This document shows, in pieces, positions 9,801-20,465 of a stretch of 40,313 bases of DNA. Every line of letters begins with the position of its first letter. The stretch's first letter is position 1. The stretch is taken from the IMG/VR virus record IMGVR_UViG_3300011338_000308, positions 1 through 40,313 of that record; one strand, given 5' to 3'. This stretch comes from a virus. Lineage: Duplodnaviria; Caudoviricetes. Below the pieces are notes generated by a model. It made no database searches, was not told where the DNA came from, and worked only from the letters and a program-made list of their open reading frames with translations. The translations under genes and the position numbers were made by a program.

Positions 9801-11568
9801 TGAACCTATTGTTTTCAACGAGTTGATACGTTTCCGTAAGCAGCTAGATGAATCAGGCTTTAGTCAGAAAGTTATTGACCAACTTACTGCAGGTAAGACT
9901 GATGAAGCCTATGAAAAGGCTTACAAGGCAGCAAAGCGCCACATTAACAACATTGCAGAAGACTTGGCTAAGGATAACGTCCTTGCTTATGTAGATAATC
10001 CTGCAGTACGTAGCCAACTTGCTATGGCTGGACGTAACTTTGCACGTTTCTATCGTGCAACTGAGGACTTTTATCGCCGCTTTTATCGTACAGTACGCTA
10101 TAACCCAGAGGCAATCACTCGTGCATCACTAACATACGACGGAATTGCACACTCAGGCTTTGTACAAAGAGACGATACCGGCGAAGATTACTTCTTCTAC
10201 CCAGGAACTACAGCAATGTACCAAGCAGTCGGTACTGCAATGCGTTTATTTGGACAAGAAGAGGGCATCAAGGCCCCAATGCCTATTGAATTCAGTGCTA
10301 AGTTAAAGATGATTACACCATCTACTAACCCAGACTCACTGTTTCCTACATTTGCAGGTCCTTTATCTGCGATATCACTCAAAGCGGTATTCGCTCTAGT
10401 GCCAGCTTTGGATAAGTTTGAGAAAGCCTTGCTTGGTCAGTACTCAGAAGACCAACCAATGATTAACGCAATCTTTCCAGCGCACATAAATCGCCTATTA
10501 TCTGTAATGGACCGTGATGAACGAGTAAGCCAATACGCATCATCCTTCCGTAAGGGTGCTGCTTACCTAGAGGCTACAGGTCACGGGCTAACACCTAAGA
10601 TTGATCCAGTAACTGGTCAGGAAATTCCACTAACCGTAGGTGAGTTGGAAGATTACAAGGATAAGTTATCTGCATCTACAGTCACAGCACTGTTCCTACG
10701 TTTTGCTCTTGGTTTTGTTGTACCAGCATCACCACAAACAACCCTTAAGAGCGATATGGCTAAGTGGGTACGTGAAAATGGTGAGACTAATTTTAAGCAA
10801 ACCTTTAACAACCTAGTTGAAAAGACCGGTAGTTATGACAAGGCTATGGGTGAATGGATCCGTCTATTCCCAAAGGAATTGCCATACACAGTATCTGAGT
10901 CTGATAGCACAGTTGTAGCAATCCTTAGTGCTAACAAGAAGGCTAATGATTGGGTTACAGAAAACAAGGAACTCATCAAGAGATACCCAGAAGGTGCCGG
11001 ATTCTTCATTCCGAAGGAAGGCGAATTCGACTTTGATGCCTACAAGTTGCTATCAAAGATGGGACTTAAGCAGTCTAAGTTGGTAGATGATTACTTGCGT
11101 GAGGTAAGTACAGCACGCGATGAGGCTTTCTACTACTCACAACAAGACCTTTACGAAGAAGAACTTGCTGTTACATATAGCGACTTTGCCAAGCGTAACC
11201 TTAAGACACAGTGGGAAACCTGGGCTAAGGAGTACAAGAAGGCACGTCCTAACCTGCAAGAAGAGATGGGTAAGGGTGCTGAGAACGCAATCAAGCGTAC
11301 ACAAGCACTAACTGATTTAACAACTATGTTGTCAGATCCATCTGTCAAGGTAGATCCAGCGGTAAGAGGGCCAATCGAAGGTATGTTAAACACATACAAT
11401 GCTTACGTCAACGCACGTGATGCAGTATTTGGCAATACAGAATCTGCTCAGAACTACAAGGATATACTTAAGCAACGTGCAAAAGTAGAGTTGCTTCGTT
11501 TATCAAAGCTAAACCGTAACGCAGAAGATGCGTACTTTGCTTTGTTCTCGAAACTAATTAGAGACTAA
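6874..11568 (+). CDS. Large (1564 aa) structural protein, probably internal virion/ejection protein
   Basis: Size and position between portal and scaffold; function inferred. Confidence 0.55.
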   Translation: MSDKNLKIAASQAGLSATDKDRIDSLSKSLTTHKSLLDMPAAEARIKFQTLPADQQQGLVQTFGTQPEEKKRGWLGTAWHYTGGAVVGALTEVSDFMSRAYRAGAIANEQIPLGAADYYLPKNWSILSEAWKKSNDNGEVVYNEPRINNAIKKYGNNYVSVAQKVSTGISLSDLIANGTEEEKQIASLAAKGEDPLWQDAYDAVVASKYSPGRQLANAVLPGFLEGTGFLYKGISGTGDAAYRIFADPTIVLGKAKKAYDAANYAIIKIAGDPKKLDAAFNNPKVVNFFNTYGSELDTLAKARKAKNPIAAEQASSTLRRIAPEFGPAAIDEFISAGVTNADTAKTYFQNSIDIQGIVKGQAARDTPLIPRLTVGRKVRIAALTTGNKVLNIDKVGQKLVQAMYGTAPQFEDILTGITTRSEDIAALEKGVGRFKGPDGVVRFTENQIQGRIDRFTRKFTKVPNPTSKVFDVMGPNAVDEIYRTARLTNSRYHSRILAEIFAAGDEGQRMQITKGLWNTIFTTRGVKKGDPGKSFMDEFAGKGLEKRYAADLVVDGNRLGNPAEFNGEQLALFPYQLSSSMVIPSVVDLDRLSARQGVVSKLVGVSHNKWVDKITSGWSFLTLAGPRFAIRNFLEDDMFYLARGRNPWDLVKGKIWSTRARVGKGANVFDADGNAKTALDKLKDTVFLNVESGETGVINKFVLSDELEEFAVKVKNATSEDEVRAVLAEAFLRRKLGYKLDPESAEIVADVAKYGNLDDLLSEIKEGAKNGARGGGRYQNVSDDVSRFGKMDAITIDGKAWKRSMGDIPFTNFSPVANEQSRVSWLFQIGVMANDDLGRIAVKYLDDEDMAISEMFKYLKSLPQREKDSFQLYFKGADEYTHAQRAYLAVHNLFAMADGNLNKDLWSKVVKTDADGYVRVTAKDLRLSDLPNDPKMAPTFISGPTLVPVSESDNFAASMWDKGWDAMGEANARWSREPIVFNELIRFRKQLDESGFSQKVIDQLTAGKTDEAYEKAYKAAKRHINNIAEDLAKDNVLAYVDNPAVRSQLAMAGRNFARFYRATEDFYRRFYRTVRYNPEAITRASLTYDGIAHSGFVQRDDTGEDYFFYPGTTAMYQAVGTAMRLFGQEEGIKAPMPIEFSAKLKMITPSTNPDSLFPTFAGPLSAISLKAVFALVPALDKFEKALLGQYSEDQPMINAIFPAHINRLLSVMDRDERVSQYASSFRKGAAYLEATGHGLTPKIDPVTGQEIPLTVGELEDYKDKLSASTVTALFLRFALGFVVPASPQTTLKSDMAKWVRENGETNFKQTFNNLVEKTGSYDKAMGEWIRLFPKELPYTVSESDSTVVAILSANKKANDWVTENKELIKRYPEGAGFFIPKEGEFDFDAYKLLSKMGLKQSKLVDDYLREVSTARDEAFYYSQQDLYEEELAVTYSDFAKRNLKTQWETWAKEYKKARPNLQEEMGKGAENAIKRTQALTDLTTMLSDPSVKVDPAVRGPIEGMLNTYNAYVNARDAVFGNTESAQNYKDILKQRAKVELLRLSKLNRNAEDAYFALFSKLIRD

Positions 11569-11581
11569 TAGGAGACCAACA

Positions 11582-12346
11582 GTGGTAGCAAAATCACCAG
11601 ATGAGGCACGTCAATCAGTTGTGCAAACTTGGAAAACTTCAGGTCTTCCTACTAGCGGCGGAGTTGTATCTAACACAACTGCAAGCAATGGCAATGTGGG
11701 TTTCAAAGGTGGCCAAACTGGCTTAATGGTAACGACAGATCCTTATGCAGTTGAAGCTCTTAATATGGACCCAAAAGAACGCCTTGCTTTATCTAAGTTA
11801 CTTGTTGGTGCAAAATATCTCAAGAAGCCTACAAGCAAATACAATAAGACTTTAGCAGATGCGCTCATCAAAGCATCTCAAGATTTTGCTGTAGAAGCAA
11901 CTCGTACTAATCGTCCAACGCTTACTATCCGTGACTTCTTGGCTGAGAACTATCAGGCTGGAACTGGAGACGGTACACCTACGCTGCCTAGCCGTAGCAT
12001 CTATCAGTATACAGAGGCAGATCGCATCAAAATGATTGATGATGTATCTCAGACTCTACGTGGTCAAGGTGTGACAGAAGCTGACAAGTCAGCAAAGTGG
12101 TACAAGGATCTTAAGAAGTCTATCGACAATATGATTTCAACAGGTACTTTATCTACAACCAAGAAGGTTAAGAACCCTAAGACTGGCGTATTGGAAACTC
12201 AGACTGTCAGCACACCAGGTTTCTCACAAGAGCAAGTTGCTACTGTTGCAGAGAAGGCTATCCGTAAGGCAGCGCCTGAAGATGTAGCACGCAAAGAGCG
12301 CGTTGACTTTACAAGTTGGATGTTCAGCGCATTGGGAGGCAAGTAA
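11582..12346 (+). CDS. Hypothetical structural protein
   Basis: AGGAG RBS, late operon. Confidence 0.6.
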   Translation: MVAKSPDEARQSVVQTWKTSGLPTSGGVVSNTTASNGNVGFKGGQTGLMVTTDPYAVEALNMDPKERLALSKLLVGAKYLKKPTSKYNKTLADALIKASQDFAVEATRTNRPTLTIRDFLAENYQAGTGDGTPTLPSRSIYQYTEADRIKMIDDVSQTLRGQGVTEADKSAKWYKDLKKSIDNMISTGTLSTTKKVKNPKTGVLETQTVSTPGFSQEQVATVAEKAIRKAAPEDVARKERVDFTSWMFSALGGK

Positions 12347-13515
12347 TGGCTGACGAATCCACCAAGTTATCTGGCGCAAAAGCGTCTACTGATGCAGCAG
12401 GATTAAAAGTATACACAATTAACATTAACGGAAAACCTACACAGTTCAAGTGGGATCCAATTAAAAAGTTACTACTTGCAGCAGATGGTTCTTTGTACAC
12501 AGGAACCGTCCCTTGGAGTGACCAAACTACTGTTTACAAAAACGGTCAAGAAGTTTCAAGCACAGCTGCTCCTAAGCCAGCAACTTCACGTCCTGATAAA
12601 GACATCAGTAATGAAGAAGCGGCAAAGATAACAGCAGGCGTTGAGGCTACGACTAAGGCTGCATCAGATGCTGAAATCGCAGCAGGCATTAAGGCTGCAA
12701 CTAACCTAGGTATTGGCGAAGCGTTACTTAACGATCCTATCTACGGAGCAGAACTTAAGAAAGTATTTGACCTTTACAAGACTAATAAGACTGCAGCTAT
12801 TGATGCGTTATTTAAGACTAAGTTTGCTAAGTTAGATTCAGACGCACGTAGCCGCTATGTTACCAAGTTAGAGAACAGCGACCTCTACAAAGAGGGTGTC
12901 AAGAGCTGGCTTATCGGTATCAAGAAGCGCCTTAAGCAACAGGGTTCTGCTCTGTCAGACCAGCAACTTGAAGATTACTACATCAAGGGTATTGATGAAG
13001 AGACGATTCTTGATGAGGCTTTATCTGGCGGTAAGTTTGAAGCAGGCAAGACCGGTGGTTCACAGGCTGAGTACTACAACTCCCTACTAAGAACTGCTAC
13101 AGCAAACGGTATCTCGACATCACTGTTGCCAAAGGTCCTTGGCTTTGACACGATAGATGAAGTAGTTAAACAACTACAGACTGGCGCATCTTTAGAAGAC
13201 TACACACAAAAGATTCGTAACTACGCAAAGACTGCGCTGCCAGACTGGGCAAAGAAGTTAGTAGATCAAGGTCAGGATCTAACTGACATTATCAATCCCT
13301 ATCGCGCAACTATTGCAGACGAACTAGAACTTCCTTACAACTCTATTGATGTAACAGATTCAACCATTCAGAATGCTTTGTCAGCCAATATGAGTCTTGC
13401 TGATTTGCGTAAGCAACTTCGTCAAGATACTCGTTGGCAGTACACAGATAAGGCAAGAGAATCAGTTTCTACTGCAGCACTTAAAGTCCTCAAGGACTTT
13501 GGATTCCAGGGGTAA
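12346..13515 (+). CDS. Hypothetical structural (internal virion-like) protein
   Basis: TAATG coupling at 12344-12348; long ORF. Confidence 0.6.
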   Translation: MADESTKLSGAKASTDAAGLKVYTININGKPTQFKWDPIKKLLLAADGSLYTGTVPWSDQTTVYKNGQEVSSTAAPKPATSRPDKDISNEEAAKITAGVEATTKAASDAEIAAGIKAATNLGIGEALLNDPIYGAELKKVFDLYKTNKTAAIDALFKTKFAKLDSDARSRYVTKLENSDLYKEGVKSWLIGIKKRLKQQGSALSDQQLEDYYIKGIDEETILDEALSGGKFEAGKTGGSQAEYYNSLLRTATANGISTSLLPKVLGFDTIDEVVKQLQTGASLEDYTQKIRNYAKTALPDWAKKLVDQGQDLTDIINPYRATIADELELPYNSIDVTDSTIQNALSANMSLADLRKQLRQDTRWQYTDKARESVSTAALKVLKDFGFQG

Positions 13516-13518
13516 AAG

Positions 13519-14847
13519 ATGGCAAGATTTAATCCAGACTTAATGCAATTAGATGATGGTGCCACAGGCGCACCACGCGTTGCTGGTCCACGCAGTGCTC
13601 CAGTTTCAGATGCAGAATATGCAAGAATAATTGAAGAAGAAAACAAAAAGTACAATCCTTCTACTGGTATTCCATTAAGTGAACCTGAAGGTCAAGTACC
13701 AACAGGCTTTACACCAGGACCATTTCCTAAAGAATTAGAAAAGCTTTTTGGTTCATCTGAAGGTGTACTTGGTTATCGAATCGAAACACTTACAGATCAA
13801 AAAGGAAGAACGTATAACCAATTATCTGTAGCAACCGGTCCTAATTCATCTAAAACTTTTGGTGCAAGTTTCACCCAAGATGTTAATGGCGGATATTCTA
13901 TTTTTTCACCTGACACTGGTGGGAAAACAGGGGACGGTGCCAACACTGGTCTAAAAACAGAAGCACAACTTGCAGCAGAGGCTGCAAACGCAGCAGGTAA
14001 AGCAGAGCGTCAATCTGCGTATGACTTGTTATTCTCTCAGTTTAAGCAATACGGATTAGAAACATTAGTTACACCATTAAAAGATTTAATTATCAGTGGT
14101 GCATCACCTGCAGAATTTACAATTAAATTACGCGATACAGATGCCTACAAGAAGCGTTTTGCTGCTAACCAAGCACGCATCCAAAAGGGTCTTGCTGCTA
14201 TCTCAGAAGCTGAGTACCTAGGTCTTGAGGACCAGTACCAGAACATTATGCGTAACTATGGACTGCCAGCAAACTACTACACACGTGGTGATATGGGTCG
14301 TCAAGAAGGTTTCGAGAAGTTCATCGCTAACGATGTATCTGCAGCAGAACTAGAAGACCGCGTTATGACAGCACAGAACCGTGTACTTAATGCTAACCCA
14401 GAGGTCATTGCATCTTTGCGTCAGTTCTACCCAGACATTAGCAACGGTGACATCTTGGCTTATACGCTAGATCCTGAAAAGGGACTTAGCGAAATCAAGC
14501 GTAAGGTAACTGCAGCTGAAATTGGTGGCGGTGCATTGCAAGCTGGACTAAATATCACCGGCACTCGCGCTGAGGAACTAGGTGCTGCAGGTATTACTAA
14601 GCAGCAAGCACAGCAAGGTTTCCAGACAGTTGCAGATGTCGCACCTCGCGGTGGACAACTAGCAGCAATCTATGGTGAATCACCATATACACAGCAAACA
14701 GCAGAGCAAGAAATCTTTGGTCTTGCTGGTTCAACAGAGGCTGCAAAGCAGCGTAAGAAACTTGTAGGACTAGAGCAAGCATCATTCTCTGGTCGAACAG
14801 GTACAGCACAAGGTGCTCTCGGTAGAGAGCGTGCTGGCAACCTCTAA
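13519..14847 (+). CDS. Hypothetical structural (internal virion-like) protein
   Basis: 442-aa ORF with Ala/Gln/Gly-rich helical C-terminal half. Confidence 0.6.
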   Translation: MARFNPDLMQLDDGATGAPRVAGPRSAPVSDAEYARIIEEENKKYNPSTGIPLSEPEGQVPTGFTPGPFPKELEKLFGSSEGVLGYRIETLTDQKGRTYNQLSVATGPNSSKTFGASFTQDVNGGYSIFSPDTGGKTGDGANTGLKTEAQLAAEAANAAGKAERQSAYDLLFSQFKQYGLETLVTPLKDLIISGASPAEFTIKLRDTDAYKKRFAANQARIQKGLAAISEAEYLGLEDQYQNIMRNYGLPANYYTRGDMGRQEGFEKFIANDVSAAELEDRVMTAQNRVLNANPEVIASLRQFYPDISNGDILAYTLDPEKGLSEIKRKVTAAEIGGGALQAGLNITGTRAEELGAAGITKQQAQQGFQTVADVAPRGGQLAAIYGESPYTQQTAEQEIFGLAGSTEAAKQRKKLVGLEQASFSGRTGTAQGALGRERAGNL

Positions 14848-14855
14848 ATAAAAAG

Positions 14856-14944
14856 CCTGCCAACGGGACGACTGGTCCGTTGGAGCGATAACAAAACCAG
14901 TAGCAGGAGCCACGTTAGATTCCCCAGTTTATCGTGAGGCCTGC
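14856..14944 (+). ncRNA. Putative structured cis-regulatory RNA (pseudoknot plus hairpin)
   Basis: Pairings CCAACGG/CCGTTGG, ACTGGT/ACCAGT, GCAGG/CCTGC and CACG/CGTG in an intergenic gap. Confidence 0.5.
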
Positions 14945-14974
14945 GTAATCAAACCAATGATAGGGAGAAGGACT

Positions 14975-15442
14975 ATGTCCAATTACGACTACGAGGATGA
15001 TGACGATTTCGATATGGATTCGTCAAGTAATGACCTTGTAAAACAACTACGCAAAGCAGCTAAGCAAAAGGACAAAGAACTGGCAGAACTTCGTTCGCAG
15101 TTTGATGGACTCAGCAAGGCTCAACGTGAAAGATCAATCAAGGATGCCCTCGAACGTCGCGGGGTAAATCAGAAGATCGCTTCATTTATCCCACAGGACA
15201 TTGACCCAACTGAGGAGTCTGTGTCTAAGTGGCTTGAGGACTATGCCGATGTATTCGGAATAGACCTTGGCCAAAACCAGAGTACGAATGTAGACCCAGC
15301 AGATATTGCTGCATACAAGAAGATGACAGGAACAGCAGATGCTGCTCAGTCACCTGAACGTGGCGCAGACGTGATGTCCCGCCTAATGAATGCAAATAGC
15401 AAAGAAGAACTGGACGACATCATTCGCCAATCTGGTCTTTAA
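14975..15442 (+). CDS. Capsid scaffolding protein
   Basis: Acidic N-terminus and coiled coil, directly upstream of major capsid gene; GAGAAGGA RBS. Confidence 0.75.
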   Translation: MSNYDYEDDDDFDMDSSSNDLVKQLRKAAKQKDKELAELRSQFDGLSKAQRERSIKDALERRGVNQKIASFIPQDIDPTEESVSKWLEDYADVFGIDLGQNQSTNVDPADIAAYKKMTGTADAAQSPERGADVMSRLMNANSKEELDDIIRQSGL

Positions 15443-15471
15443 CCCAACCCATAATCGAAAGGTAAAGCCAA

Positions 15472-16401
15472 ATGGCAATTCCAGCAGGTAATTTAACTGG
15501 TACCTCCGATATCTCAGCACTCGTAAAGACAGCGTACGATCAATATGTTCGTATGGCTCTCCGTAGCATTCCAGTAATGCGTGCGATTGCAGATGTCAAG
15601 CCAGTACAGCAGGCTATGCCTGGTTCATCAGTTGTGTTCTCTATCTACTCAGATCTAGCTCAGGCTACATCTACACTGACAGAAACATCAGATGTATCAA
15701 GCATTGCTCTAGGTAACCCAAACCAGGTTACAGTAACATTGAACGAATACGGTTCAGCAGTTACAACAACAAAGAAGTTAAACCTAACTTCATTCAACGA
15801 TGTAGATTCAGCACTTGCTGACATCATCGCTTACAACTCAGCAGACTCAATCGATGCTGTAGTTGCGTCAGTTCTAACAGGTGGCTCAAACGTCATCTAC
15901 GCAGGAACTGCAACAACAACAAACACAATCACATCATCTATGACAATGGCTGTTGCTGATATCCGTGAGGCTGTAACACAGCTTCGCACAAACAAGGCTG
16001 TGCCACGTATCAATGATTTGTACGCAGCATACCTACACCCACGTCAGGCAGCTGACCTCCGTGCTGAATCAGGCACTGGCGGATTCCAGGCATTGACACA
16101 GTACGTAGACCGCACACCATTCGTGGCTGGTGCAGTAGGAGTAATCGAAGGTGCATTCGTAGTAGAGACACCTCGTGTGCCATTTGCTGCGAACTCAGGA
16201 TCAGTTAACGTCTACAAGGCTGTTATCGCTGGTCGTGAAGCACTTGCAGAAGCACAGGGTCAGGACATCTCTACCGTTATCGGACCAGAGATCGATGCAC
16301 TCCGTCGTTTCCGCACAATCGGTTGGTACTATATGGGCGGCTTTGCTCGCCTACGTGAAGCAGCTCTATATCGTATTGAGTCAGCTTCATCTATTAACTA
16401 A
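15472..16401 (+). CDS. Major capsid protein (HK97 fold, N4-gp56-like)
   Basis: 309 aa; VTLNEYG, YLHP..AADL, VIEGAFVVETPR, D.LRRFRTIGWY; strong codon bias. Confidence 0.88.
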   Translation: MAIPAGNLTGTSDISALVKTAYDQYVRMALRSIPVMRAIADVKPVQQAMPGSSVVFSIYSDLAQATSTLTETSDVSSIALGNPNQVTVTLNEYGSAVTTTKKLNLTSFNDVDSALADIIAYNSADSIDAVVASVLTGGSNVIYAGTATTTNTITSSMTMAVADIREAVTQLRTNKAVPRINDLYAAYLHPRQAADLRAESGTGGFQALTQYVDRTPFVAGAVGVIEGAFVVETPRVPFAANSGSVNVYKAVIAGREALAEAQGQDISTVIGPEIDALRRFRTIGWYYMGGFARLREAALYRIESASSIN

Positions 16402-16412
16402 GTAATTGGTTG

Positions 16413-16444
16413 ACTGCAGGGCTTGGGAAACCAAGCCTTGTGGT
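16413..16444 (+). terminator. 14-bp GAAA-capped hairpin after capsid gene (U-less terminator or 3' stabiliser)
   Basis: ACTGCAGGGCTTGG-GAAA-CCAAGCCTTGTGGT with G-U pairs. Confidence 0.6.
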
Positions 16445-16463
16445 AAGCCCATTAAGGAGAGCA

Positions 16464-16787
16464 ATGCCATACGAACTAAGAACACCTTGGGAAAATGAGA
16501 CTTGGTGCGACAGCACCTATTTCAATATGTATGCACGCCTTGCAGGACGACCACTTCAAGGTGGTTCCTACACAGGTAGCATCCCGTCATATATGACAGA
16601 TGTTGCACGCGGAGTGACATTGCTAGTTAATGGAACTGTTGTTACTGAAAGCAGAACTCCATACCAAGATGACTTGGCCAATGCCACAACCTATTACCTT
16701 GGCGGTCACGCGTATACGCTGACAGATGCTGAGGCACAGGTGCTTATTGACGCTGGTTACAGCGACTACTTAACACCGGTGGTCTAA
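16464..16787 (+). CDS. Hypothetical protein
   Basis: AAGGAG RBS before ATG 16464. Confidence 0.7.
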   Translation: MPYELRTPWENETWCDSTYFNMYARLAGRPLQGGSYTGSIPSYMTDVARGVTLLVNGTVVTESRTPYQDDLANATTYYLGGHAYTLTDAEAQVLIDAGYSDYLTPVV

Positions 16788-17056
16788 TGGCTAAGCACAG
16801 AGAAGATCACCCAGAAGATGTAGATGGTTGCTTTGGTTGCAAAGTACTAGGACTACAGATGAGTGCAGGCGTTGCTAAAAGCAACGGTGTGCCAACGGCT
16901 AAACAGCACGACAAAGAACTAGATTCTTACTACAGCGCAGTACGTCAAGGCATCGAACCTCGTTCGACAAAGCAACACGATATTGATGCGGCAGTAAGAA
17001 TTAGTAATGAAGTAGGTAAAGCATTTGATGGTGTCAGTTTAACAGTTAAAAACTAG
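16787..17056 (+). CDS. Hypothetical protein with H...H...CxxC motif
   Basis: TAATG coupling; HREDHPEDVDGCFGC. Confidence 0.7.
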   Translation: MAKHREDHPEDVDGCFGCKVLGLQMSAGVAKSNGVPTAKQHDKELDSYYSAVRQGIEPRSTKQHDIDAAVRISNEVGKAFDGVSLTVKN

Positions 17057-17066
17057 GGAGAATAAA

Positions 17067-17234
17067 ATGAAAGATATGGAAGAGACATACTCTGTAGAAA
17101 ACGGCAAAGAGTTTGAATATGTCAAGAGCGTTGATGAGGTAGAAGCCTACCCACTAGCAGACAAGCAGTTCCCATCTAACCGCAAGTATATGACTTACGA
17201 ATCAATCTCGACAGGTGTCGGCGGTAAGAAGTAA
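17067..17234 (+). CDS. 55-aa hypothetical protein (not in ORF track)
   Basis: GGGAG RBS; MKDMEETYSVENGK...GVGGKK. Confidence 0.7.
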   Translation: MKDMEETYSVENGKEFEYVKSVDEVEAYPLADKQFPSNRKYMTYESISTGVGGKK

Positions 17235-17329
17235 TGTGCGCCAAGTGTGGCTGCAAATGCAAGCCAGGTAAACCACAAAAGGGCTGCAAGTGCAGCTGTG
17301 CTACTTGCAAGAATGCGAGAAAGAAATGA
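17234..17329 (+). CDS. 31-aa Cys/Lys-rich metallothionein-like peptide (not in ORF track)
   Basis: MCAKCGCKCKPGKPQKGCKCSCATCKNARKK; TAATG and ATGA overlaps at its two ends. Confidence 0.7.
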   Translation: MCAKCGCKCKPGKPQKGCKCSCATCKNARKK

Positions 17330-17490
17330 AGAAGACTAAAGAAGCTAAGGTTATGGGCGAGTTCAAGCGCGGTACTTTGCATTCAGGATCTAAGAAGGGT
17401 CCAGTAGTTAAGTCTCGCAAGCAGGCTATTGCTATTGCATTATCTGAGGCAGGTAAGTCAAAGCCTAAGATGAAGGCCAAGAAGAAGTAA
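17326..17490 (+). CDS. Small basic protein, DUF6496-like
   Basis: KVMGEFKRGTLHSGS...SRKQAIAIALSEAG. Confidence 0.75.
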   Translation: MKKTKEAKVMGEFKRGTLHSGSKKGPVVKSRKQAIAIALSEAGKSKPKMKAKKK

Positions 17491-17750
17491 TGGCAAAGAC
17501 ACCAGCCTGGCAACGCAAAGAAGGTAAAAACCCAGAAGGTGGTCTTAACGCTAAAGGACGTGCTAGTGCTAAAGCACAAGGCAGTAACCTAAAACCACCT
17601 GTATCTGCAAAGCAAGCAAAGAAGTCACCAAAGGCAGCAGCCCGACGCAAATCATTTTGCGCTCGTATGGGTGGAGCACCAGGTCCAATGAAAGATGAAA
17701 AGGGTAAGCCAACTCGTAAAGCGCTAGCGCTTAGAAAGTGGGATTGCTAA
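17490..17750 (+). CDS. Small basic protein, DUF6321-like
   Basis: GGLNAKGRAS...RRKSFCARM...LRKWDC. Confidence 0.75.
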   Translation: MAKTPAWQRKEGKNPEGGLNAKGRASAKAQGSNLKPPVSAKQAKKSPKAAARRKSFCARMGGAPGPMKDEKGKPTRKALALRKWDC

Positions 17751-17914
17751 TGAAAAAGAAAGCAGCATTCTGGGATACAAAAAATCCTAAACAAAAGTCA
17801 AGCAAATTAACGCCAGCGCAGAAAGCGTCAGCAAAGGCTAAGGCTAAGGCAGCAGGACGGCCTTATCCAAACCTAGTAGACAACGCAGCAGCAACTCGTA
17901 AAAAGAAGAAGTGA
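17750..17914 (+). CDS. 54-aa basic protein (not in ORF track)
   Basis: TAATG coupling; ...AKAAGRPYPNLVDN...KKKK. Confidence 0.7.
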   Translation: MKKKAAFWDTKNPKQKSSKLTPAQKASAKAKAKAAGRPYPNLVDNAAATRKKKK

Positions 17915-17923
17915 GGTAGATAG

Positions 17924-18210
17924 GTGCCAACAGGAAATCCAGGGTCAACCCTAGTAGCAGAACTCAACAGGCTCGCCAATGGCGGCACCTACCCACCAAT
18001 TACAAGTTATGTAGATGAGGCAGCAGCAGCACGTGGTTGGGCTGCAGCACGTGGTGTTACCTTAAATCACACAGATACAGTAGGAGTCCTTAATGATATC
18101 GCGGGTATTCCAGATGGCTCGAATGATCGCCTTGATTACAACGGCGTATGTAATTACATCGCTGGTACTACTGGGCTTACTGCAAACGCAGCTCTCCAAG
18201 GACTCACATC

Positions 18211-18214
<4 letters not shown>
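17924..18214 (+). CDS. Hypothetical virion protein
   Basis: GAGGT RBS, operon packing. Confidence 0.65.

Positions 18215-20448
<2,234 letters not shown>

Positions 20449-20465
<17 letters not shown>

Noticed and set aside
6874-11568. Tape measure protein or virion RNA polymerase
   Set aside because: Lies upstream of the capsid gene, with no tail tube or chaperone context and no polymerase motifs that I could recognise
14856-14944. Known ribozyme or riboswitch (hammerhead, pistol, twister, preQ1)
   Set aside because: Conserved core nucleotides not found by eye; kept only as an unassigned structure
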